In this document: positions 1-11,469 of the stretch, one piece after another
Numbering within the stretch: the stretch's first letter is position 1
Layout of the letters: each line of letters starts with the position of its first letter
From: Eledone cirrhosa
Taxonomy: Eukaryota
Direction of reading: 5' to 3'
Assembly: GCA_964016885.1 (NCBI GenBank)
Contig: CAXHJY010001471.1
Span: 34,177 to 98,176, forward strand
Length of the DNA stretch: 64,000 bases
Translations under genes and position numbers: made by a program
The notes under the pieces: model-generated
Databases searched by the model: none
The model's input: the letters and a program-made list of their open reading frames with translations, nothing else
What the model was told of the DNA's origin: nothing

Positions 1-764
1 CAAGGACAAGTTCATCTTCCAGTAACCGGGACCCTGTCTATGCGTTCTATCAAGGTTGACCACGCAGGTCACTAATTTGTGATCTGAATAGCCAACCATG
101 ATCAATTCTGGACAACTAAATACGTCCCTATCCTTACTCCTAACCAAAATCCTATCTAGGTACGATCTAGATTGTCCACTGCGGTTTGCCCAGGTCCAGG
201 TTGGCGCAGTTGGACAATCTAGTCGAAATCTATCGACCAGGTCGAATCGATCGAGTAACCCCTTGAGGCTGCTACACCCCCCTCTATCGGGACATGCCCC
301 TGCATAGTCCCAACGCGCATCTAGGATTCCATTCCAGTCCCCCACTAAAAGCAGGGAGCGCGACGTTCCTAGAAAAGTCTCCAGACGCTGGAAGAAGTCG
401 GCTCTTTCAGCCCCGAAGGGGGCATAAAGACCGACCAGTCTGAAAGCCCCGCCTTCGCCGCCTCCGACGTCCAGCACCAGTAATCGACCCCCCGGGTCCG
501 AGTGAACAATCTGTACGTCGAGAGCCAGACGTTTATCCAGCAGTACCGCAACTCCACCCCCCCCCCGCCTCCGGGTTGACAGAGAGATGCGTGCATCTCA
601 AAGTCATCGAAGGCGGGAGCCAGCTGTCGCACGCTGCTGATCCGACTCTCGCAAACAACCATCACATCTATACTTCGTGACCTGAGGTCACTTAGTAGCT
701 TTGCTTGCTTCCAAGCTGAGCCCAGGCCACGCGCGTTCAAACAGCCAACTCTCAATTGATCTAT
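1..764 (-). pseudogene. Tx1 ORF2 APE endonuclease domain, frameshifted at a G homopolymer
   Basis: APE motifs N(ARGL), E, GDWN, YLDR and SDH are distributed over different frames. Confidence 0.8.
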
Positions 765-1747
765 TTTGGTGTTGAAAGTGAAGAAAGAAAAGCACCTACC
801 TCTCCGGGTTGTGTAATTTCCATGGCGTCAGGTGTGTTGGGTGGAGGGATGTTTTGTGGTGGTGTGGGGGTGCCCGAGTGTGGTTGGGTTGGGGTGTTTG
901 GAGTTGTGTCAGGGAGAGGGGAGGTTATGGGGAAATCTTTCAAGAGGACGCGATTTAACGGTTTTAAACAGATGCGATCCGGGATTTGTGCTATTCTTTC
1001 GGGCCTCATTTGGAGTAGTAGGTCGAGGCCCATTCCCAGGAACGCATCTCCGGATGCCTTCCCCATTGACAGCACTGTGTCCTCGCCCATGTCTATGAAG
1101 CCAGCAATAGCCCACCAGAAGTCCATTGTGGGTAGCATTGTTTGTATTTTTACTCTCTGTGTTCTTCTACCCATGTAGGAGGGATAGAAGCTGTATGTTG
1201 TCGATGAGAGTGGGCTTAGGGAAAGCTTCTGCGCCGTTTCCTTGTCTTTTGTTAAGACCGAAATGCTGCCATAGAGTCGGTCCTTTCGTATGAAGAGAAT
1301 ATTCTTCATATAGTCTTTTAGGACCAACTCTATCTCCATTTGGCTGGGCTGTGCTGGCTTTCTTGTTTGGTTTAGGATTGTTCTGAAGAGAACTGTGTTC
1401 TCTGTTCTCGCTTTCTTGAATTCTGGGGGGGAGTTAATGGAAAACATTCCATTCTCCCCCAAAACAATGTGTTTCTTTGCTTCGGCCAGTTTTTCTCTGG
1501 CGGCAGTTAGGTCTATTGGTGTATATGTTATGGACTGTTTTGTTTTCTGGGCGAAAGTTGCCTTGTTGTTATTTGTATTATTATTTTCTGTTTGTTTGTT
1601 TTCCGTTTGCTCATTTTCCGTAACATTTGTTTTTTCATTTTCCTTGTTTGTTTCGTTGTCTAATTTTGTTGTATTTATTTTTTGTTCTTCAGACTTGGGG
1701 GGCGTGGCAGAGCTAATGGCAGACATGTCTGCCATCTTTTCCGCCAT
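761..1747 (-). CDS. Tx1 ORF1 nucleic-acid-binding protein, internally deleted (lacks the zinc knuckle)
   Basis: 328-aa ORF nearly identical to the N- and C-termini of copy D ORF1, with the middle missing. Confidence 0.8.
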   Translation of the reverse strand: MAEKMADMSAISSATPPKSEEQKINTTKLDNETNKENEKTNVTENEQTENKQTENNNTNNNKATFAQKTKQSITYTPIDLTAAREKLAEAKKHIVLGENGMFSINSPPEFKKARTENTVLFRTILNQTRKPAQPSQMEIELVLKDYMKNILFIRKDRLYGSISVLTKDKETAQKLSLSPLSSTTYSFYPSYMGRRTQRVKIQTMLPTMDFWWAIAGFIDMGEDTVLSMGKASGDAFLGMGLDLLLQMRPERIAQIPDRICLKPLNRVLLKDFPITSPLPDTTPNTPTQPHSGTPTPPQNIPPPNTPDAMEITQPGEVGAFLSSLSTPK

Positions 1748-1942
1748 GCTGCCAAGAAAGAAATTTTACAGCAAAATAGATATTTATTTTACCCCCTAAA
1801 AAGGGGGTAAATGTAAAAATGTTTCCCTAAATAACAGGGGTTATTGTTCCAAATGTGTTGCACTGAAAAAGTTATCTGGTACTTACTATAGTAAGGGTTA
1901 ATTCCGATGGAATAGCGGAGCCGATGTGAAGCGTGTCTTACT

Positions 1943-1980
1943 CTATCTATCTAGATAGATAGATAGATAGATAGATAGAT
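1943..1980. repeat. (GATA)n spacer between Tx1 copies A and B
   Basis: TATCTATCTAGATAGATAG... directly abuts both elements. Confidence 0.95.
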
Positions 1981-2247
1981 TTCTTTATTAGCCACAGGGG
2001 CACAAAAGAAGGGGACAAATACAAAGGGGGAAGTTTACATACAATAAAAACGTGTAAAATGTTATCACAAATGGAATTTAAAAAGTTAGTCGATTTTCCC
2101 CAATAGAGGGAGACAGTTTATATGGGTAACACATACTCCCGAAAAAAAATGTGCAAACCTCATCTCCAGGAGTACGAAGAGTTTGTACTCCTTTCCTCTC
2201 CTCCTCCTTTTCCTCAACCTACAGGCTAATATAGAGAGAAGGCCCAT

Positions 2248-5200
2248 TCACTCGGGCCTTCTCGCCACTTTCACCCACCTTTCATAAAACTTGCTGGGGT
2301 ACAGCACCTCTCTCTCCATCCTGATTCTTCTTCCAAAGTGGTATTTGAAAAAAAGAATCAGTTGTTGGCCGGAGAGAAAGGTGTCTGACCTCAGCCCTTT
2401 CAACCTTGTCCACCATACAACCTCTTTCGCTATAGCTATCACACAAAGGAAAACCGCCTCTCCTTCATTTTTGAAGGAGGGTCGCGGTTTGATCATGACA
2501 ATGGACTCGGTGGTCAACTGGATTGGTCCCACCCGCAACAATAGTCGTTCCACATAGCCCCACAGGTCAGTGACGCCCGGGCAGTGTATGAATGCGTGCG
2601 CGACGGTTTCTTCGTCTCGCACGCACCTCGGACAGATCTTTTTTCCAGGGTCCTTGACCGGGCGCCCATGTCTGTAGAGCTTGTCTCGAACTGGTAGAGC
2701 TCCTCGGTAGCACTGCCAGGCCAGGGACTTTTGGAAGTTGTCCACCGGTCCCGGGCGGAAGGTCCTACCGAACAGACTGGCCAGTTCATCTTCCTCTACG
2801 CCTCGAGTTTCACCGAGCGCGTCGCCGCACTTGCTGCGGACCAACCCTCTATAGAATGACGAAGTGGAGTCTCCACTGATGGCCGGGTCCGCCTGCCAGA
2901 GGGCTGTGAGCGCCTGAGCACATTCGATGTGCCAGTCGCCCATTTTCCTCGGTCTTTGCTTGACCCAGGACTGCAGCTCGGTCAGCGAGACGAGTCGTGG
3001 GAAGGCTCGCCTCACGAACGGGGCCCACACCGATTGTCCGGTGAGGAATACGTAGAGATGCCGCAGCCTGAGCGCGTGTTTGCGCATCGTCAACCACGGC
3101 ATCCCCAGCCCTCCGTTAGAAGGGTGTTGGCAGCAGATGGATCTTCTCACCAGAGGAGCCCGCCTCTTCCAAAGGAATCGGAAGAGCGCGCGCTCCATTT
3201 TGGCGAGCATTTTGGCTGGACAAGGCACGACGGTCAAGCGGTAGTAGATGGCGGACGCTATAAAAGTGTTCGCCACCTCCGCTCGACCTTTCAAGGATAG
3301 TTTGCACTCGGCCCACTTCTGGGTGAGTGCAAACACCTTGGCCGTCACTTCGTTCCAGTTCTTCTCCACCTGGAGGTCCGGACCAAACCAGACCCCGAGC
3401 AGCTTTACCGGTCCTTCCGTCCAGCGTCCGACGACGCCATCGGAAGGCATCGTCTGCCTCTCCACGATCCGAGTTGCAAACCGATGGACTTGTCCCGGTT
3501 CAGCTTCGCTCCTGTGAGACTTTCGTATTCCTTCAGTAAGGTGCCGACTTCCTCGATTTGCGAGGCACTCGACACCATTACTGTCATGTCGTCGGCGTAG
3601 GCCGACGCCGCTTTCCGCAGTCCCGGTTCCAGAGGGATGCCCAGCAATAGCTCCAGCTTCCGCAGTAGTGGCTCAAGAGTCAGTATGTACAGAAGGGAGG
3701 AGAGAGGGCATCCCTGTCGAATGGATCGCGTAATATGGAACGGCTCCGAGAGGTAGCCGTTCACCTTGACCCTTGAGCAGATGTTGCTGTTGTGTATTGC
3801 AGCAATCCAGCCCCTGAACACGGGTCCGAAGCCTGCCGCCTCGAGCACCGCATCCAGGTAACGATGGTCAACCCTATCGAAAGCCTTAGACTGATCCAAG
3901 TTGATCAGGGCCCCACCGAAGCCGGGTTTACACCCTACCCTCTCTATGGTGTATCGCATGAGGTGGAGGTTGTCGTGTATGGACCTGGTTGCGATTGCGC
4001 ATGTCTGCGCTTCTCCCACCAGGTTCTCGACGACAAGCGCCAGCCTCTTTGCCAACACCTTGGCCAAAATCTGTAACTCTGTGTTTAGCAGAGTTATGGG
4101 CCGGAAGTTGCCTATGTCATCCCCCTTATTCTCGTCCTTCCTGATTAGTGTGACCACGCCCCCGGTTACAGAACTGGGAATTCTCCCGTTCTGTTGCCAG
4201 TTGCAGTAGACCGCTTCCAGGAGACTGGAGAATAAGTCCGGCATTGCTACGTGAAATTCGTAGGGTAGACCGTCGAGACCTGGAGATTTGCGTTTGCCGC
4301 ATTGGCTCAGCGCATCCCCTATCTCAGTGGCTGAAATCGGCTTTTCGCAGAACTTTGCCTCGCTGTCCGAGAGTCGCGGTAGGCCGTCGAGGTATGGACC
4401 GAAATCCATAGCCTCTCCCGGCGTGCCGCTCCCCCCGAACATTTGAGCAAAGTGCCGCTGAAAAGCCGCACACATCTGCTTCGGCTCACGTATCACGCGT
4501 CCGTTTTGGTCCTTCAAAGACCCAATCGTGAACTTGTTGCCACTTTTTGCCTCCGTCACTCGGGCCCAGCTAACAGCTTTGGCTCCCTCGTTTCCCAGAG
4601 CACGTATTTTGCTTCTGACAACGCAGCCCTCGTGATTTGCGTCGAAGAACTGGTCCAAGGCCGTTCTCGTTGCTAGCACGCTGGCTACGTTGCCACTTCT
4701 AATTGCATATTCTACTTTATCTACCAGTTCCTTCTCGGTTCTATTTCTATCTAACGCTAATTCTTTACTAAAAACTATCGAGTCTAATCTAACTGCCCTC
4801 TTGAGAGAGTACCACCATCTGTTGTTGACAATGGCCCCTGTCAAGAGCTGTTTAACTAAAGTGCTAATCCGTCTACTGTAGGCTTTGCTTGTCGGTAACG
4901 ACAAGTTCAGCTTCCAGTAGCCGGGTCCTTGTCTATGGGTTCTATCAAGGTTGGCCATGCAGGTCACTAGTTTGTGATCTGAATAGGCAACCATGAACAT
5001 TTGTGGACAGCTTAACATGTCCCTATCCTTATTTCTAACTAGAACCCTATCTAGGTACGATCTAGATGTTCCGCTACGATTACTCCACGTCCACAGTGTC
5101 GCAGTCGGAAAATCTAGTCGATATCTATCGGCCAGGTCAAATCGGTCGATTAACTGTTTGAGGCTGTTACACCCCCTTTATCGAGACATGCTCCCACATA

Positions 5201-5653
5201 GTCCCAACGTGCATCTAGGATTCCATTCCAGTCCCCCACTAAAAGCAAGGAGCGGGACATTCCCAGAAAAGTCTCTAGACGTTTGAAGAAGTCTGGCCGC
5301 GGAGTCCCGGATGGGGCATATGCGGCCACCAGCCTGAAGGCTCCACCTTCACTACCGTCAACGTCTAGGACCACCAGTCGACCCTCCGGGTCCAGATGTA
5401 CTGTCTGTGTTACGAGGCCCAGGTGTTTCCGCAGCAAAACGGCAACTCCGCCCCCACCCCCCGGTTGACAGACAGATGCGTAGATCTCAAAGTCATCGAA
5501 GATGGGAGCCAGCTGTTGCTCGCCGTGGATCCTGGACTAGCAAATGGCTACCACATCCATACTGTGCGACCTGAGGTCGTTTAAGAGTTTGCCCTGTTTC
5601 CAGGGCATCCCCAGGCCGCGTACGTTCACACATCCAACTCTTATATTGGCCAT
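2248..5653 (-). pseudogene. ORF2 (APE endonuclease, reverse transcriptase, C-terminal CCHC), broken by frameshifts
   Basis: Starts MANIRVGCVNVRGL at ATG 5653. RT motifs KSPGLDGLP, FRPITLLN, DQSKAFDRV, RQGCPLS and YADD. C-terminal CPRC..ETVAHAFIHC. ORF pieces at 5150-5437, 3405-5018 and 2248-3465. Confidence 0.9.
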
Positions 5654-5686
5654 GTTGGTGCTGAAAAGTTAAGAGAGGAAAAGAGA

Positions 5687-7584
5687 TCACTCACCCTTCG
5701 CCTCCTGGGGACCAGGCCGCACGATTTCCATGGGGGTGTTGGAGGGGTTGTCTGGATGGGTGGTGGTTTCCGGCGGGGTGGGGATGCAGATGTTTGGTGG
5801 GGTGGGGTCTGGTGGGATGGGGGTGTCTGGGGTGGGGAGGCATTTGAGAAGGACGCGGTTGAGTGGTTTCACGCAGGAATTCCCCACATCCTTCTCAAAT
5901 GTTTCTTTTAGGGACCTATAAGTTTGTATAGGGACCCTAATCAGTTTTAGGTTCAGTTTTTTGCTATTTTTGATAGAGTGGGCGAAAGTTTTCCCTTCGG
6001 GGAAAACCGAAGGTTCGTTCGTGATGGTCTCCGTTAGTGTTTTGTTTTCAGTGTTTATGTAAGTGTAAGTGTAATTTTCTTGTGTTGTGTTTGTTTTTGT
6101 CTGTAGTTCTTGTGTGTGCTTTCGTTTTGTTGTAGGTATTTTGTTTTCAGGAGGTGGGGGTTTTGTTTGTGATATTTTTGTTGTTTGTGTTGGTGGTTGT
6201 ATGTTTGTGGTAGTGTTTGCTGGTTTTTTGCTTTTGTGATATCTTTTCTTTCTTTTCGAGTGATGGGGTTCTCCCTCGTCTTCACTGGGTGATGGCGAGA
6301 TAGCCTCATCTGTTGTATCGTCTGTGTGATTGGGGAGGGGTATGTCTTGGGGAGCTGTTGTGTCTGTATGTGATTTTGCAGTGGTTTTAGGTGGAGTGGG
6401 GTTGGGTGGGACTGTGTTTGTTGTGGTTATTTTTGTGTGTCGGTGGTGTTGTTGTTGTTGTGGTGGTGTTGGTGGTTGTGTTGTTTTGATGGGTGTCGGC
6501 AGAAGAGCCTTTTTTTGGTTCATTAGTTTAGGACAGGAAGCCCTCAGGTGACCCCTGCTAAAGCAATGGTAACATGAAGGCCGCCTACCCTCAACCGAAA
6601 GGTTTATGTAGGTGAGTCCGTCCAGGAGTATACGCTGTGGGATCATAGCTATTCGCTCTGGGCTCATTTGCACCAGAACTTCAATGCTAGTCCCATTGAA
6701 TACATCTCTGGGGGACTTTCCTACTGACAGTATTCTGTCTTCATCAAAATTGATGAAGCCGCACAGTATCCACCATATGTTCACCTTTGGTGTGACACTT
6801 GTGATTCTGATCTTTTGTGTCCTTTTTCCCATGTATGTAGGGAAAAAGGTGTACAGGTTGGATACAATTGGCGACACAGAGTAATTTTGGGCCGTCAATT
6901 GATCCTTCATGAGTACCGAAATACTCCCAAAAAGTTTGCTTCTTTGAATGAATGCAATATCATTCACTGAATTTTTTAAAACCATTTCAATTTCTTTCTG
7001 TGACAATTGGACTGGTTTTCGGGTAGAATTGGAAACTGTCCTAAAAACTATCGTTTTGAGAGCAGTTTCCTTGCGAATTTCTACCGGAGAATTGATGCTG
7101 AAAGCATCATTTTTTTCGAAAGTGACATATCTCTTAGCGTCCTTTAAAAGTTGTTCAGCATTTGTTATGTCGAGATATATCAATTCTTCTTTCTTTTGAA
7201 CTTTCTCTGCAAAGGAGATTTTTGGTTTCTTTGTGGAATCCGTATTGGTGGTGTTGTCATTATTGTTGTTATTGTTGTTGTTATTCTTGTTGTCACCGAT
7301 GTTGGTATCATCCGTATTTTCCTTGGTGTTGTTGTTGGCGTTGTCTTTATTTTTTTCTTTGCTGTTGTTATCATTGTTGCTTTCATCATCATTATTGGTT
7401 TTGCTGTTTTTTTGTTGTCATTGAACTGTTTGGTGTCATTTGTGTTGTTTGGATATGAATTCGTTTTTTTATTTTCATTTTGTCTTTCCATCTCTATAGT
7501 ATCTAGTGAAGAAGACGTTGTTGACTGCGAGCTTTGTAGTCTTACCGCCTCTCCACCACCATTATCGTTGGACGCAGCGTTCAT
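5687..7584 (-). pseudogene. ORF1 of copy B with zinc knuckle CYHCFSRGHLRASC; frameshift in the low-complexity N-terminus
   Basis: ORFs 7180-7584 and 5687-7183 are homologous to ORF1 of copies A and D. Confidence 0.85.
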
Positions 7585-7802
7585 AACGTAATCAAAATTT
7601 TACAATATTTTTTCCAAGATTCGATGGAGAAAAATTTTTTCAATGGATATTCCGCCCCTGTAGGGGGCGAAAATGAGTTGGCCCACCACCTGAAGGTCCA
7701 GACGGGTGGTCAAGTTACACAATGATATAAAATTTAACTAAAAACTCACGTTTTTTTCTTACATAAATTAACGGAAACTTCTCCGCGAAGTGACACACGT
7801 CT

Positions 7803-7877
<75 letters not shown>
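7803..7877. repeat. (GATA)n spacer between Tx1 copies B and C
   Basis: Perfect GATA tract. Confidence 0.97.
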
Positions 7878-10800
7878 TTATTTATTTGCCACAGGGGCGT
7901 ACAAAAATGGTACATTACAAGACGTAACGGCGGGGGTTTTACATAAAAATATAACTTTAACATTAAACTATATATAATAAAATGACAATTGAAATCCCCA
8001 ATAGGGGGGGGGGACGTTACTGCAGGGTTGTTTTACACCCCGTGGATAGAACAACCCTCAACACCAGGAACACGTTTTGTAGGTGTTCCTGTCTTCCCCC
8101 TGTTTATCTTCCTCAACCTACAGGTTTATATACAGAGAAGGCCCATTCACTCGGGCCATTTTCGTCACATTCACCCACCTTTCAGCGAATTTACAGACCC
8201 CTCTCTCTCCACTCTCACTTTCCTTCTGAAGTGGTACTTAAAGAAGGGGTTAAGTTGTTGTCCGAAGAGAAAGGTGTTTGCCCTTAGTTCTTTTAACCTC
8301 GTCCACCATATTACCTCTTTAGCCATAGCCACCAGACAGAGGAAAACAGCCTCTGTTTCATTCTTAAATGAAGGCGGCGGGGTGATCCTCACGATGGACT
8401 CGGCTGACAACTGGATGCACCCCACACGTGACAGTAGCTGTTCGATATAATTCCACAGGTCGGTCACCCCTGGGCACTGAACAATTGCGTGCAGAACGGT
8501 TTCGATGTCCTGCTCGCATCTTGGAAAGTCCTTTTGGCAGGATCTCTGCCAGGACGCCCGTGCCTGTAGATTTTGTCTCGAACTGGTAGATCTCCTCGGT
8601 AGCACTGCCAGGCAGAGACCTCTGGAAGTTATCCATAGGCCTTAGACGGAAAGTCCTCCCTAACAGACTGGTCAGTTCGTCCTCCTCGATGCCTAGAGTT
8701 TCCCCGAGAACGTCGTCGCACTTATCCTCCACTAATCCCTTATAGAATGTCGAAGTGGAGTCTCCGCTGATTGCCGTTTCCGCTTGGTAGAGGGCTGTGA
8801 GCGCCTGAAAGCACTTGAGGTGCCAGGCACCCATTTTCGGTCTTCGCTTGACCCAGGACTGCAGCTCTGTTAGTGAGACGAGTTGTGGAAGAGCTTGTCT
8901 CACAAACGACAGCCACACCAGTTCACCGGTCAGGAATACCTGGAGATGGCGTAGCCTCAGCGCGTGTTTGCGCATCATCAGACTCGGCATACGCAGCCCT
9001 CCGTTAGAAGGGTGTTGACAGCAGAAGGATCTCCTCATCAATGGAGCTTGTTTCTTCCAGAGGAACTTGAAGAGTAGGCGTTCCATTTTGGTGAGGTATT
9101 CGGGGGACAAGGCACGACTGTCAAGCGGTAGTAGATGACGGACGCTATGTAAGTGTTCGCCACCTCCGCTCGACCTTTCAGGGAGAGTTTGCGCTCATCC
9201 CCCCCCCTCCCCACACACTTCTGGGTGAGTGCAAATACGTTCGCCGTGACCTCGTTCCAGTTCTTGTCCACCTGGAGGTCTGGACCAAACCAGACCCCGA
9301 GCAATTTCACCGGTCCTTCCGTCCAGCGTCCAACGGCACTGTCGGAAGGCATGGGTTTGCCTCTCCATGTGCCGAGTTGCAAACCGACAGACTTGTTTGG
9401 GTTTAGTCTTGCTCCTGTCAACGTTTCGTATTCCTGTAAAAGGTTGCCGATTAACCTGATTTCCAAGGTTTTCGACACCATTACGGTTATGTCGTCGGCA
9501 TTGGCTGACGCTACTTTCCGCAGTCCAGGTTCGATAGGGATGCCTTGCAACAGCTCCAACTTCCGCACTAATGGCTCGAGAGTCAGTACATACAGAATGG
9601 AGGAGAGAGGGCACTCCTGACTGATGGAACGCATGATTTGGAATGGCTCTGATAGGTAGCCATTCACCTTGACTGTCGAGCAGATGCTGGTGTGCATGGC
9701 AGCGATCCAGCCTCTGAAGACGGGACCGAAGCCTTGAGAACCGCTTCCAAGTATTGATGGTCGACCCTATCAAATGCCTTAGACTGATCTAAATTGATCA
9801 GAGCCCCACCGAAGCGAGGTTTACACCCTACCCTCTTTATGATGTATCGCATGAGGTGGAAGATGTCGTGTATGGACCTGGTCGGTATTGCACACGTTTG
9901 CGCTTCCCCTACCATGTTCTCGATGACAAGCACCAGCCTCGTTGCTAACACCTTGGCCAAAATCTTTAACTCTGTTTTGAGCAGAGTTATGGGCCTGAAA
10001 TTGCTTATCTCATCCCCCTTGTTCTCATCTTTCCTGGTGAGCGTTACTACGCCTCTGCCTACATAACTGAGAATCCTCCCGTTCTGCTGCCAGTTGCAGT
10101 AGACCGCTTCGAGGACGCCAGAGAACAAGTAGGCCATGCCTATGTAAAACTCATAGGGTAGACCATCTAAACCGAGTGATTTGCGTTTCCCGCAGCGGCC
10201 TAGGGCATCTTCTATTTCGCCCGCTGTGATCGGCCTTTCACAGCTCTCTGCATACCTTCTCGAGAGTCGTGGTACGCCGTCGAGGTAAGAGCTGAAGTCC
10301 ATCACCTCCCTCGACGTACCGCTTTGCCCGAACAGTTGTGCAAAATGCTGCTGGAAGGCCGTGCACATCTGCTTGGATTCAAGTAGAATGCGTCCATATT
10401 TGTCTTGCAAAGACCGAATTGTGGATTTGTTGCCACTTTTCTCCTCTGCCACTCGGGCCCAGCTAACAGCTTTGGCTCCCTCGTTTCTTAGAGCACGTGT
10501 TCTACTTCTGACAATACAACCTTCGTGTTTCACGTTGATAAACTGGTCTAGTGCCGTTCTCGCCGCTAGCACGTCAGCTGCACTGCCATTCCTAAGTGCC
10601 TCTTCTACTTAAGCTACCAGTTCTTTTTCAGTTTTGTTTTTTTTCTAAAGCTACTTCCTTGCTAAATGCTATTGATTCCATTCTAATTGCTCTCTTGAGA
10701 GAGCTACACCACCTGTTGTTGACGATCGCCGCCGTCAACTGGCACTTAACTAAGGTGTTAATCCGTTTACTGTAGCCCTTACGTGCCGGAAGCGACATGT

Positions 10801-11132
10801 TTAGCTTCCAGTATCCGGGTCCCTGTCTATGTGTTCTATCAAGGTTGACTACGCAGGTGATAATTTGAATAGGCAACCATATGCATTTGTGGACAACGTA
10901 ATGTTTCCATATCATTCTGTCTAATTAAAAATCTATCTAAATACGATCTAGAAGACCCAGTGTGGTTGCTCCACATCCACAGTGGCACACTTTGGAAGTC
11001 TAGTCGATATCTATCAGCTAGTTGGGATTGGCTGATAAGATTTTTGAGGTTATTACACCCCACCCCACCTCCTCTATTATCACAAGCTCCTACATAGTCC
11101 CAACGTGCATCTAAGATACCATTCCAGTCCCC
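7878..11132 (-). mobile_element. 5'-truncated, degenerate Tx1 copy C (ORF2 only; RT motif reads NADD)
   Basis: ORF pieces 10839-11063, 10628-10915, 9664-10572, 9038-9697, 8364-9110 and 8171-8605 are homologous to ORF2. Confidence 0.9.
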
Positions 11133-11172
11133 AGATAGGTAGACAGACAGACAGGTAGGTAGGGCGGCAGAC

Positions 11173-11237
<65 letters not shown>
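11133..11237. repeat. (GACA)/(GATA)n spacer between Tx1 copies C and D
   Basis: Direct observation. Confidence 0.95.
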
Positions 11238-11238
<1 letters not shown>

Positions 11239-11469
11239 ATTTCTATTTATTTGCCACGAGGGCACAAAGGAAGGGGACAAATACACAGTGGAGGAGTTTA
11301 CATAAATCGAGTAAAGAAAAAAGGAATAACAATAATAATATAATAATAAAAAGTCCTCAAAAGGGAGGGGGCGTGTTCAGGATTGCACATACCCCCGAAA
11401 AGTGTGCAACCCTTTTCGCGGGGGAAGCCCAGAGAGGAGGCGCTCCCCCTTTCCTCTTCACTTCTTCAC

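Larger units (their letters stand above)
1..1942 (-). mobile_element. Tx1-clade LINE copy A (5' portion; continues beyond window start), near-identical to copy D
   Basis: Contains 5'UTR, ORF1 and the APE endonuclease N-terminus (RVGCLNARGL..., YLDR, SDH). Bounded at the 5' end by a GATA repeat. Confidence 0.9.
1981..7802 (-). mobile_element. Full-length Tx1-clade LINE copy B (~5.8 kb), a second subfamily
   Basis: ORF1 with CCHC knuckle, ORF2 with APE-RT-CCHC, and a 3' end AATAAAGAA followed by (TATC)n. Confidence 0.92.
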
